Source: the human T2T-CHM13v2.0 reference genome, Homo sapiens. From it: a stretch of 64,000 nt of DNA. The stretch's first letter is position 1, and the number at the start of each line of letters is the position of its first letter. Position numbers and translations under genes: made by a program. The notes below the pieces were generated by a model. It saw only the letters and a program-made list of their open reading frames with translations. It searched no databases and was not told the DNA's origin. Shown piece by piece: positions 1-16,099 of the stretch. The stretch lies in NCBI RefSeq assembly GCF_009914755.1, contig NC_060925.1. The stretch is one strand, 5' to 3'.

Positions 1-184
1 GCTCAAGTGATCCTCCCACCTCAGCATCCTGAGTACAGGCACACACCCCCACGCCCAACTAATTTTTATATTTTTTGTAGAAATGGGGTTTTGCCACGTT
101 GCCCAGGCTGGTCTTGAACTCCTGGGCTCAAGCAAACTACCTCCTAAAGTGCTGGGATTAGAGGCGTGAGCCACCACGCCCGGC
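1..184 (-). mobile_element. Alu (AluJ-like), cut by window edge
   Basis: Reverse-complement Alu ending ...gagccaccacgcccggc; ctcctgggctcaag is J-type. Confidence 0.85.
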
Positions 185-2494
185 TCCCCTTCATCTTAAT
201 GGCTTGAGATTGAGGCAAGCTTGAGCTCTAATTCCAGTCTGTCAGTTCTGTCTTTTCATTTACTTAATAAGGGTTTCCTGGCACTGGGCAAGGTGCTAAG
301 AATACAAGTAGCTACTGCCTAAGGAAGCTCACAGTCTCACAAAGCAGATAAGTACAGAGAACGTCAGAATTCAATGTGAAAGTGCTGTAACAAAAGGAAA
401 CTAGAACAGAAGGCTTCCCAGAGGAACTAACTCCTGAGTAAGTACTAAAGGGCATTTCCCACCATATGACATATAGAAAGAGGAAGGGTGTCTGTCTGTG
501 TTGCTGGAGCAGGGTCAGGAGACAGGGAGTAGCAGAAAGATGACCATGCATGGTGGCCATATTGAGTGGGAGGCACTCCTGGGTCATGCAAGCAGAGATG
601 CTGAAACACACAGTACACAGGTAGACCTACAGTGTTGAGATAAAGAGGAAGATGTTGGAGTGGAAAGCAGTCAGTACAGAGATGGCAGCTGAAACCACAA
701 GAACACTACCCCACACTATTACACTGTCAATGATACAATGACACTACTATGGTAATGACAACCCACAGAGAACACAGGTTTACCCCATACTGATGATGTG
801 TTTGACAGAGCTACATACCAGGTTGAAAAGATCTTTTTCTTAGTTTCCTAAAGTACTAGCTATTCAAGGAACAAAATCTATCTGAATCTAAAAGTGACCT
901 AGTTACATACTCTGGGAAATTTGAGAATATATACAGCCTATTTACCCCGAAGTAATTTACAATCCACTGGGAAAACAATGGGTTTTCCATCATCCAATGA
1001 AAAATGGGATATTCTGCAATTCAGCACTCGAGGGAGGCTGGACAGGGGAGGAACTGGCTTTGATTGAGATGCTTAGTATATGCTTGTCACAGGAAGGTGG
1101 CTTTTAGAGAGCCCCGAGGGATGAATGGACCTTCAGCAGGAGGAGAGAAAACAGCACCATAGGTCCAGAGCCCATAAGAACACTACACCACACTGTGTAG
1201 ACAGCTTTCTCTTCATGTCTAAGAAAGTTAGTGTGCAGAAATCACAATACTATAAAGAGGTCTCAGGAAGGAGCTTGGGTGGACAGAAGCAGAGGATGCC
1301 TGTTGGTGGTATCCAAGGTAAGAATCTGACAAATGGCATAAAGCAAAATGTGCATATTTGCTTGCAATACCCATGGACTTTTTCAAAAATACCAAACTTC
1401 TTGCATACTGAAATAACTGCATTGAGTATTTATTTATTTTAGGCTGTGGCTTTCCTATCATAAAATCCAAGTATGTGGTCAGAATAACCTAAGGGTATCT
1501 CAAACATTAGCCCTTAATAATCATGATTTGAATCTTCAAACCTTCATATAAGGAAAATAGCCTTCCCAAGGATAGGTTCTAATTAAAATCCTGGAGACTA
1601 GATTTTCTTTAATTTTTTTTTTTTTTTTGCTTCTCTATTTCCTAGGCAAAGAAAAGGATACCACTGGACTTCGTAAACTTCTCAAGAGTATTCTCTTGCT
1701 CAAGAACAAAACACTCTCCAGAATAATCTAAAATCTACATGGAATAATACAAAAACTATGGGGGGGGAGTTGAATTTCAAGGCCCTTACAGTCCTTGATA
1801 AACAATGATGGAATAAATAATGGAAAACATAATCTGTGGCTGCTCAACTAGACAGTTCTGCTAATGACCATAAAGAGAACCCAAACTCTAAAACTTACCT
1901 CTGTATTTCCCCTTTACATTGAGTTAGGCTGAAGCAATAGCTCAAATAATCCAAGTTAACAAAAGCCGACAGAGAAGTGATTCAGAGGTAAATGCATTTG
2001 TTCATTCATTGACTCATTCAACACTCGCTTGAAACTTATCACATGCCAAGCTCTGTCTAGGTGCTGGAGTACATGGGGAAGAAGCCACGCCCCTGCCTTC
2101 ATGGAGGTGTCACTCCAAACTCAGCTCAATTTTACAGCAACGTCAAATTACACAAAGGACTTCAACTTATAGTTTTCCTTCCAGAGGTTAGATTGTGACA
2201 CTTTCATAAAACTTATGTTAGTGTGCTGCTTCTGCTCAGGATTCAGAATGAATAAACTAAAATTCTACCCTTCCTTTAAGAACTACTTAGAAAAAAAAAA
2301 CTTTATAAATAATATGATGAATTAAGAATCCCATAACTTGGTCATGAGAAATCTCTGATTTTATTTAGTCTAATCTCCTATAAGTGATCCTCCTTATGGA
2401 GTATATGTGAAAGATTATCATGTATTAAAACAAGAATCCCAAAAGCATTATACATTAACATTTATTGAATCCGTTTACTAACTCCTCTTTGTTA

Positions 2495-2674
<180 letters not shown>

Positions 2675-3487
2675 CTAAAAATAAAAGCAGAATGATATAA
2701 AATGCTGGTGGCATATTACTATTACTTTTTCTAGAACAACCACACAATCTTTTTCAATACCCTTTCTAACTGCAAGAAGATATATTTGAAAATAAAATAT
2801 AGAAAGGTTGAAAAATATATATAATGATGAGAGGGAGTATTGCCATGATTTTAGAGGCCTGTCTCTGACTCTAAAACTAAGAATAATTGGTATCTTCAGT
2901 GTGAGAAAGCAGAGAGAGAAGACAAGAAGAGTATTAAAATTATGAACAACCTTCATAAGATAATATTAACTAAATTATGTATCAGGCAATGGAACACCCT
3001 TTGAAACATGAACAGGCTCAGTTAAAGGGAAATAAAAAAGTATACTGCAGATAATAATATTATATTATTACATATAATTTAATGTATGTATATTATTACA
3101 TATAATTTAAAGTAATATGTTACTCCCTCTCCTCAAGAAGTAGTACAGACATGAACTGTAAATGGGTCTGAAATGGTTTGGATATTGTGTATATCAGGGC
3201 TACCAACACTGGAATGCATACAGCCTGAAACCAAAAATAAAAATTGCACCCTCTTTGGCATATTTTGAGGCCCTCTCTAGGCAATAAATTCATTACAACA
3301 TGTACCCATCCTGTGAGTACTGATAAATTACTTGGCTTATACTACAGATGTGGTAGTCACTTAAAAATACTGTACCTTATGACCACCTACAGATAAAAAC
3401 TGATTAAGTCCAATACACCAAAAATAATTAAACAAATCAGCTATTCTTCTGATTGTTTCAGCTCACATAAAAGGGGTGACTACCACT

Positions 3488-3490
<3 letters not shown>

Positions 3491-3524
<34 letters not shown>
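3491..3524. repeat. (CA)n microsatellite
   Basis: About 17 perfect CA units. Confidence 0.95.
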
Positions 3525-3530
<6 letters not shown>

Positions 3531-3539
3531 GAACGGGTT

Positions 3540-3872
3540 GAATTCTGAAGGCCAGCCATGTGGCCAGTATGAAAACGGGCCCCAATAAGAACTCTGCACA
3601 CCAAAGGCTCAGGTGAGCTTCCCTGGTTGGTCTGCAATATTCCATGCCTAGTGCCACATAACAGTGCCAGGAAAGTAAGACATGGAGACTCCACAGGGAG
3701 AGGACAACAGAAGCTCTGCCCTATGTGCTTCTTTACTTGACTGATTTTCATCCGCATCTTTTCCCCGTAATAAACCATAACCAGGGGTAATAAGCTTTCA
3801 GTGAGTTATGTGAGTCTTTCTAGAGAAGTATCAAACCTGAAGGTTGACTTTGGAAACTCCTCAAATTTGCAG
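3540..3872 (+). mobile_element. MER21-like LTR fragment
   Basis: ggctcaggtgagcttccctggttgg ... gtaataaaccataacc ... gtgagtctttctag, motifs typical of MER21 3' parts. Confidence 0.6.
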
Positions 3873-4969
3873 AAACTAAATTCCAGAGAAATCCATTTTA
3901 TTTTAAATAAATAAACTTCACAATAAAATAGGACAAAGGAAAAAATAAATGCTTATTCAAGTTCTCTAAAAGTCAAGTTACTACTGTTCCTAAAGAAAAA
4001 CACACACCAATCCCCTCTCCTTTTTCTTTAAAGCATTAGCTTTGCCCCTAAATAAATTTTGAGATTTGGGTACATTCTGAAGGAATGCTGGCTTAAAACA
4101 GTGTCAGAATCTTTTTGTACAGAAATCTACAGACAAATATAAAAAGTGTTGACCATAAGTATAACAAAGTTTTAAAAATATTTTGTAAACAACTACTATG
4201 TTCCAATAGGTTATTCCAGTGTACCAGACATTATCACATACCTGATATTGCTTGATTCTTAAACCATTCTTATTAGATATTCTTATCCCCATCCCAGAAT
4301 GAAGGAAAATGAGACCTCAGAGGTTTCATGCAGCATGAGAACCAGGAGCACTGGAGGCAAAGATACTGCATTCCCCCTCTCATTTGTTGTAAAGGAAAAG
4401 TCAATTCTCTGGGCCTCAGATTCCCCCTGGAAAAATGATAAAATACCTACTTCACTGGGCTGCTGCAAGGATTAACTGGGTTACCACAGTGAGCAAATAC
4501 ATATTAATTCTTTTCCATTCCCTCTTTCCACTCTGGCCAGCCCAATGCTACACTGCTAGTAAATAGCAAAGTCAGTCTATAAAGCCAGATCTTTTTCTGC
4601 TAACCTCAGCTTTAGAATAATTTTCAAAATTACATTGCTGCTCTAAGATTCTAGATTTCAAAAATACTTTACTTTTGATAAAGTATATTAAAAAGAAGGA
4701 AACTATAAATCAGGAGAATCCTACAACAATAGCTAGAGATATTTTTTGAATTAAATGTTTGAATAGTCATAGAATGCCAAAGATTAAAAGTTCATTACAC
4801 ACATGTACTAACAATTTAAGGTTTGGTACACTGCCATACTTACATGGACTGAATTTAGAGTTAACAGCAACAAAATAGATTTATTTTTTAGGGTATAAAA
4901 GATTATTACTGAGAAATTTTAAAACTTCTTTTTCAAAGCACCACATTTCTCATTGTTTTAGAATATTTA

Positions 4970-5197
<228 letters not shown>

Positions 5198-6260
5198 TTA
5201 AAAATAATCCCAGAAGACGTTTTGTTTTAGAGAAGAATCATGTTATTTTACAGTTAATATGAACTTCATTCCCTAGAATTTATACTAAACCAATTTGAGT
5301 ACATAGATTATAAGTTGTCTACTCACAATGAACAAAGTACAGTATCAGTTCACAAGAAATGAAAATAAACAGTAATTACAAATATACAAAACCAACAGTT
5401 ACAACTTTCTTTCATTCATCATAGATTCACAGTATGTTTTCTCTTGGTCTAGGTTAAAATGAAAGGGCAGCATTTTATCATAGTCAATCTTTTTTATTGC
5501 AACCATTTTTCATAAGGCTAGAAAACCAACTGGTGATGACATCTTTTAAGAAATTAGTTCATCAATTCTTAAACAATACTTCCTTTATCTCAAATTTATA
5601 TCCACATCATATTTATACCATGATATGTTTTAAATATGTAAATAAAAATTAAAACTGTATGTGAATACCCCTAAACTCATTTCCTACTGTTTATAAAAAT
5701 ATTTTTATAAATCTGACTTATCATTTAAAACATGCAATAGATTCTATATAAAATTTAGCTAATGGAGAGGTATTGTTTCAAATCATCACCCCTTCAACCT
5801 ATTCTACATTACTATAGTTTGAGAGAAACAATTCTATAATAATATTTTTACAATTCTATTATCTAAATTGTTTTGGCAGAAAAATTTTTACAGGCAAGAG
5901 TGCAACGGGGAGGAGCTCTCCTATGGTAGTAACCCTCCCTTCCTTCATTTTACTATCAATAAAATGGAGATACAATTGTAGTCTCAACTGTTATCAACTA
6001 CCTTAAAAAATACCGTAAGAATTATGTAAATAAAACTTCACATAGTGTACAATTTATCTAGGCAACTGAACTACTAGTATAATATTATCTTATACTCATA
6101 GCTGAGAAGGCACTAATCACCAACAATTTTATAATGCTTTATGTAAGCTTAGGCATTGTTACTAGTGGCAATGTGAACTCCTGACTTCATTTAATGCATA
6201 TTTAATTTAGTCAAATCTGAAGTGTAGAAGACAAGCCCATAAAGAAAAAAAAAAAAAAAA

Positions 6261-6587
6261 GGCCGGGCACAGTGGCTCACGCCTGTAATCCCAGCACTTT
6301 GGGAGGCGAGGCGGGCGGATTACAAGGTCAGGAGATCGAGACCATCCTGGCTAACACGGTGAAACCCCGTCTCTACTAAAAATACAAAAAAAATTAGCCA
6401 GGCGCAGTGGTGGGTGCCTGTAGTCCCAGCTACTCCGGTGGCTGAGGCAGGAGAATGGCGTGAACCCCGGAGGCCGAGTTTGCAGAGAGCCGAGATCGCA
6501 CCACTGCACTCTAGCCTGGGCAACAGAGCAAGACTCCGTCTCAAAAAAACAAAACAAAAACAAAAACAAAAACAAAAAATAAATAAA
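6261..6587 (+). mobile_element. AluY
   Basis: GGCCGGGC start; diagnostics gagatcgagaccatcctggctaacacggtg and gagaatggcgtgaaccc; A/C-rich tail. Confidence 0.92.
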
Positions 6588-7004
6588 ACTCCTTCAGAGA
6601 GTTCCTAAGGGTTTCAGGAGCAGATTGCACAATAATAGAACTTGGTTTACATCAGTATGCAGAATATTAATGAAACAATCAAAATTTGAAAGTTTGGTGG
6701 AAAACAAACTGGTATGAAATGCTAAGCAGATGAAGCAAAAAGATTCTGTAACCTTTAATGAATATTGTTAAGTGCCTTATGCCAGAGATAAACATAATCT
6801 GACCAAACAAGGACACAGATCCTTAGCAACCATGAGGTGCTGAGATTATTTGGACAATATAGTACCTATAAAAAGTAAAAGCCTACAACTTTTACACTTC
6901 CCTATGGCAGAATACTTAAATGCCAATAAAAGCTAGACAGCTTATTCATCAAGGTGGTACTTCTTCCAAGTTTTCAGAATGGACATTTATGCAGTCTTGG
7001 GTTG

Positions 7005-8539
7005 TTTTTTTTTTTTTTTTTTTAATTGATCATTCTTGGGTGTTTCTCGCAGAGGGGGATTTGGCAGGGTCACAGGACAATAGTGGAGGGAAGGTCAGCA
7101 GATAAACAAGTGAACAAAGGTCTCTGGTTTTCCTAGGCAGAGGACCCTGCGGCCTTCCGCAGTGTTTGTGTCCCTGGGTACTTGAGATTAGGGAGTGGTG
7201 ATGACTCTTAACGAGCCTGCTGCCTTCAAGCATCTGTTTAGCAAAGCACATCTTGCACCGCCCTTAATCCATTTAACCCTGAGTGGACACAGCACATGTT
7301 TCAGAGAGCACAGGGTTGGGGGTAAGGTCATAGATCAACAGGATCCCAAGGCAGAAGAATTTTTCTTAGTACAGAACAAAATGAAAAGTCTCCCATGTCT
7401 ACCTCTTTCTACACAGACACAGCAACCATCCGATTTCTCAATCTTTTCCCCACCTTTCCCCTTTTTCTATTCCACAAAACCGCCATTGTCATCATGGCCC
7501 GTTCTCAATGAGCTGTTGGGTACACCTCCCAGATGGGGTGGTGGCCGGGCAGAGGGGCTCCTCACTTCCCTGTAGGGGCGGCCGGGCAGAGGCACCCCTC
7601 ACCTCCCGGATGGGGTGGCTGGCCGGGCGGGGGGCTGACCCCTCCACCTCCCTCCCGGACAGGGTGGCTGCCGGGCGGAGACGCTCCTCACTTCCCAGAC
7701 GGGGCGGCTGCCGGGCGGAGGGTCTCCTCACTTCTCAGACGGGGCGGCCGAGCAGAGGCGCTCCTCACATCCCAGACGGGGCGGCGGGGCAGAGGCGCTC
7801 CCCACATCTCAGACGATGGGCGGCCGGGCAGAGACGCTCCTCACTTCCTAGATGGGATGGCGGCCGGGAAGAGGCGCTCCTCACTTTCCAGACTGGGCAG
7901 CCAGGCAGAGGGGCTCCTCACATCCCAGACGATGGGCGGCCGGGCAGAGACGCTCACTTCCTAGACAGGATGGCGGCCGGGCAGAGACACTCCTCACTTT
8001 CCAGACTGGGCAGCCAGGCAGAGGGGCTCCTCATATCCCAGACGATGGGCGGCCAGGCAGAGACGCTCCTCACTTCCCAGACGGGGTGGCGGCTGGGCAG
8101 AGGCTGCAATCTTGGCACTTTGGGAGGCCAAGGCAGGCGGCTGGGAGGTGGAGGTTGTAGCGAGCCGAGATCATGCCACTGCACCCCAGCCTGGGCACCA
8201 TTGAGCACTGAGTGAACGAGACTCCGTCTGCAATCCCAGCACCTCGGGAGGCCGAGGCTGGTGGATCACTCGCGGTCAGGAGCTGGAGACCAGCCCGGCC
8301 AACATAGCGAAACCCCGTCTCCACCAAAAAAATACGAAAAACAGTCAGGCGTGGCGGTGCGCGCCTGCAATCGCAGGCACTCGGCAGGCTGAGGCAGGAG
8401 AATCAGGCAGGGAGGTTGCAGTGAGCCGAGATGGCAGCAGTACAGTCCAGCTTTGGCTCGGCATCAGAGGGAGACCGTGGAAAGAGAGGGAGAGGGAGAC
8501 CGTGGGGAGGGGGAGAGAGAGGGAGAGGGAGAGGGAGAG
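7005..8539 (-). mobile_element. SVA retrotransposon (probably SVA_D-like), full structure, about 1.5 kb
   Basis: Poly(T) 7005-7023; SINE-R about 7024-7525; GC-rich VNTR about 7530-8095; Alu-like domain about 8096-8470; (AGAGGG)n hexamer 8480-8539. Possible TSD tgttttttttt at 7003-7013 and 8541-8551. Confidence 0.95.
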
Positions 8540-8676
8540 CTGTTTTTTTTTGTTTAATACTCTATAAATCTATGCCTAATAGAATAAATAGAACTCTACA
8601 GGTTAAGGAGCTACTGGGACTCAGGTATCCTGGCCCATAAGTGTTACAGAGTGTTCTTGGGTGATAACTGTACCTA

Positions 8677-8841
<165 letters not shown>

Positions 8842-9553
8842 TTAAAAAAATGATCAAAGTACAAAACTAAATTGATAAATAAAACTAACATTATTGGCCA
8901 CTTTACAGAATGACAGTTTCTTTTCTAACATAATATTCTCATTAAATTAAAAAACCCCATCCACAAATATAGGTTGTTGGAAATGGCAGCAAGCATTTTA
9001 TGGTCCTGTCAGATAGTTTTAATTATCTAGATAAAAATGGGCCCAAAAATTACAGCCAGCTCACTAAAGAATACTTTCAGCACTCTGTCAAACTCTGCCA
9101 ATGAGCTACAAAACACAAAAACTTGAAGATAAAATATTAAACGATGGTAATGAATAGATTCATTATCCATTTTTTTCATGCACTTAGTGGATCATGAAGA
9201 TAATTCTTAATGTTCTATTGCAACATTTGAATGTAGTTTTGAAATATACTCAAAACATGCTATCAACTTCCTCGAAGTTAGGAAAATTAACAGCTATTAT
9301 AAAAAATCAAACTGTCAGTGACTGTGCCTTTGAGTCTTTTTTTTTTATTATTATACTTTAAGTTTTAGGGTACATGTGCACAATGTGCAGGTTAGTTACA
9401 TATGTATACATGTGCCTTGCTGGTGCGCTGCACCCACTAACTCGTCATCTAGCATTAGGTATATCTCCCAATGCCATCCCTCCCCCTCCCCCCACCCCAC
9501 AACAGTCCCCAGAGTGTGATGTTCCCCTTCCTGTGTCCATGTGTTCTCACTGT

Positions 9554-13389
<3,836 letters not shown>

Positions 13390-13437
13390 TTATTTTGCTC
13401 GTTTGTTAATGCAGTTTCTTCCTAGTCTCGACGGTCT

Positions 13438-14451
13438 TTACATTTTGGCATGATTTTGCAGCGGCTGGTACTGATTGTTCCTTTCCATGTTAAGCACTTC
13501 CTTCAGGAACTCTTTTAGGGCAGGCCTGGTGGTGACAAAATCTCTCAGCATTTGCTTGTCTGTAAAGGATTTTATTTCTCCTTCACTTATGAAGCTTAGT
13601 TTGGCTGGATATGAAATTCTGGGTTGAAAATTCTTTTCTTTAAGAATGTTGAATATTGGCCCCCACTCTCTTCTGGTTTGTAGAGTTTCTGCCAAGAGAT
13701 CCGCTGTTAGTCTGATGGGCTTCCATTTGAGGGTAACCCGACCTTTCTCTCTGGCTGCCCTTAACATTTTTTCCTTCATTTCAACTTTGGTGAATCTGAC
13801 AATTATGTGTCTTGGAGTTGCTCTTCTCAAGGAGTATCTTTGTGGCGTTCTCTGTATTTCCTGAATCTGAATGTTGGCCTGCCTTGCTAGATTGGGGAAG
13901 TTCTCCTGGATAATATCCTGCAGAGTGTTTTCCAACTTGGTTCCATTCTCCCCGTCACTTTCAGGTACACCAATCAGACATAGATTTGGTCTTTTCACAT
14001 AGTCCCATATTTCTTGGAGGCTTTGCTCGTTTCTTTTTATTCTTTTTTCTCTAAACTTCCCTTCTCGCTTCATTTCATTCATTTCATCTTCCATCGCTGA
14101 TACCCTTTCTTCCAGTTGATCGCATCAGCTCCTGAGGCTTCTGCATTCTTCATGTAGTTCTCGAGCCTTGGTTTTCAGCTCCATCAGCTCCTTTAAGCAC
14201 TTCTCTGTATTGGTTATTCTAGTTATACATTCTTCTACATTTTTTTCAAAGTTTTCAACTTCTTTGCCTTTGGTTTGAATGTCCTCCCATAGCTCAGAGT
14301 AATTTGATCGTCTGAAGCCTTCTCTCAGCTCGTCAGAGTCATTCTCCATCCAGCTTTGTTCCGTTGCTGGTGAGGAACAGCGTTCCTTTGGAGGAGGAGA
14401 GGCACTCTGCTTTTTAGAGTTTCCAGTTTTTCTGCTCTGTTTTTTCCCCAT
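13438..14451 (-). pseudogene. L1 ORF1p, disrupted by one nonsense codon
   Basis: MGKKQSRKTGNSK...QNHAKM in one frame; CGA>TGA stop at 14125-14127 (codon 109). Confidence 0.93.
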
Positions 14452-14906
14452 CTTTGTGGTTTTATCTACTTTTGGTCTTTGATGATGGTGATGTACAGAT
14501 GGGTTTTTGGTGTGGATGTCCTTTCTGTTTGTTAGTTTTCCTTCTAACAGACAGGACCCTCAGCTGCAGGTCTGTTGGAGTAACCGGCTGTGTGAGGTGT
14601 CAGTGTGCCCCTGCTGGGGGGTGCCTCCCAGTTAGGCTGCTCGGGCGTCAGGGGTCAGGGACCCACTTGAGGAGGCAGTCTGCCCGTTCTCAGATCTCCA
14701 GCTGCGTGCTGGGAGAACCACTGCTCTCTTCAAAGCTGTCAGACAGGGACATTTAAGTCTGCAGAGGTTACTGCTGTCTTTTTGTTTGTCTGTGCCCTGC
14801 CCCCAGAGGTGGAGCCTACAGAGGCAGGCAGGCCTCCTTGAGCTGTGGTGGGCTCCACCCAGTTTGAGCTTCCCGGCTGCTTTGTTTACCTAAGCAAGCC
14901 TGGGCA

Positions 14907-15215
14907 ATGGCGGGTGCCCCTCCCCCAGCCTCGCTGCCGCCTTGCAGTTTGATCTCAGACTGCTGTGCTAGCAATCAGCGAGACTCCGTGGGTGTAGGAC
15001 CCTCCGAGCCAGGTGCAGGATATAATCTCCTGGTGCGCCATTTTTTAAGCCCGTCAGAAAAGCGCAGTATTCAGGTGGGAGTGACCCGATTTTCCAGGTG
15101 CCATCTGTCACCCCTTTCTTTGACTAGGAAAGGGAACTCCCTGACCCCTTGCACTTCCCGAGTGAGGCAATGCCTCGCCCTGCTTCGGCTCGCGCACGGT
15201 GCGCACACCCACTGA
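14907..15215 (+). CDS. L1 ORF0 (antisense ORF of the 5' UTR), 102-aa open version
   Basis: MAGAPPPASLPPCSLISDCCASNQRDSVGVGPSEPG... matches primate L1 ORF0; strong Kozak GCAATGG. Expression is not shown by the sequence. Confidence 0.7.
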   Translation: MAGAPPPASLPPCSLISDCCASNQRDSVGVGPSEPGAGYNLLVRHFLSPSEKRSIQVGVTRFSRCHLSPLSLTRKGNSLTPCTSRVRQCLALLRLAHGAHTH

Positions 15216-16099
15216 CCTGCGCCCACTGTCTGGCACTCCCTAGTGAGATGAACCCGGTACCTCAGATGGAAATGCAGCAATCATGCGTCTTCTGCGTCGC
15301 TCACGCTGGGAGCTGTAGACCAGAGCTGTTCCTATTCAGCCATCTTCGCCTTTGAGTCTTAAGAAATCCTGGCACCTCATTTTCAATCTTAAAATTAACA
15401 TACTGTACTCAAATATTTATCATTAATATTTGGCTTGTTTTACAAGTTTCTTGGTAATTAATGCCATTTGTATCTGTTTTCTCCTAAGAGAAACTCTGAG
15501 TGTACCAGGATTTTGACTGTTTTATTCCCTTCCTTGGGCCACCTCTTACAGCTGCTGGCACAAAGAAGGTGCTCATTTATTTATTGAATTAATGGATGTC
15601 TCTAAAAAAAGCTTTGGTGCATCCTACAAATTTTATTCTATAATTAGTATGAAAATGATGCAAAAGGATGGCAGTCAAATAAAATGCAATTTTCAGGTAT
15701 TCATTATTGTGTTTTCTAGTGTCACTTTTTATTTTGACTTGCATATGGGAAATTACACTTAAACTTTCATTTGTCCCAGCACAGAGGTATATCTGCATGA
15801 GAGTCCTAGTCACTACTTACATTTATAATATAACTCTGGGTTGCAATATTTATAGGTTTATTTATGTCACTATTTTCTATTTTAATGTAATTGTTGTTTG
15901 ACCCCACCACCCAACTCCCCACACATAAGCATCCTCCACAAGGCAAGGATTTTTTTTAATTTCATTCAAAGTTATAACCAAGGTTTCTAAAACAGTGCCT
16001 GCCACTGAGTATTTATTGAATAAATAAATGAATTACAAACTCTGTAGCTTAAAACCACAGAACATTTAGGGTATTGACAAACTTCCTAGATAAGATAGT

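Noticed and set aside
3061-3110. Short tandem duplications (22-bp unit here; also about 25 bp at 16361-16410 and about 45 bp at 46025-46132)
   Set aside because: Ordinary slippage duplications in AT-rich or repeat-derived DNA with no sign of function.
6242-6260. Poly(A) run directly 5' of the AluY, suggesting a second retro-insertion
   Set aside because: No polyA signal or element body upstream; consistent with an Alu inserting into an A-rich target.
7195-8640. ORFs up to 235 aa with repeated peptides; repeat array superficially CRISPR-like
   Set aside because: These are translations of the SVA VNTR/Alu-like domain: tandem units without unique spacers, in a eukaryotic context.
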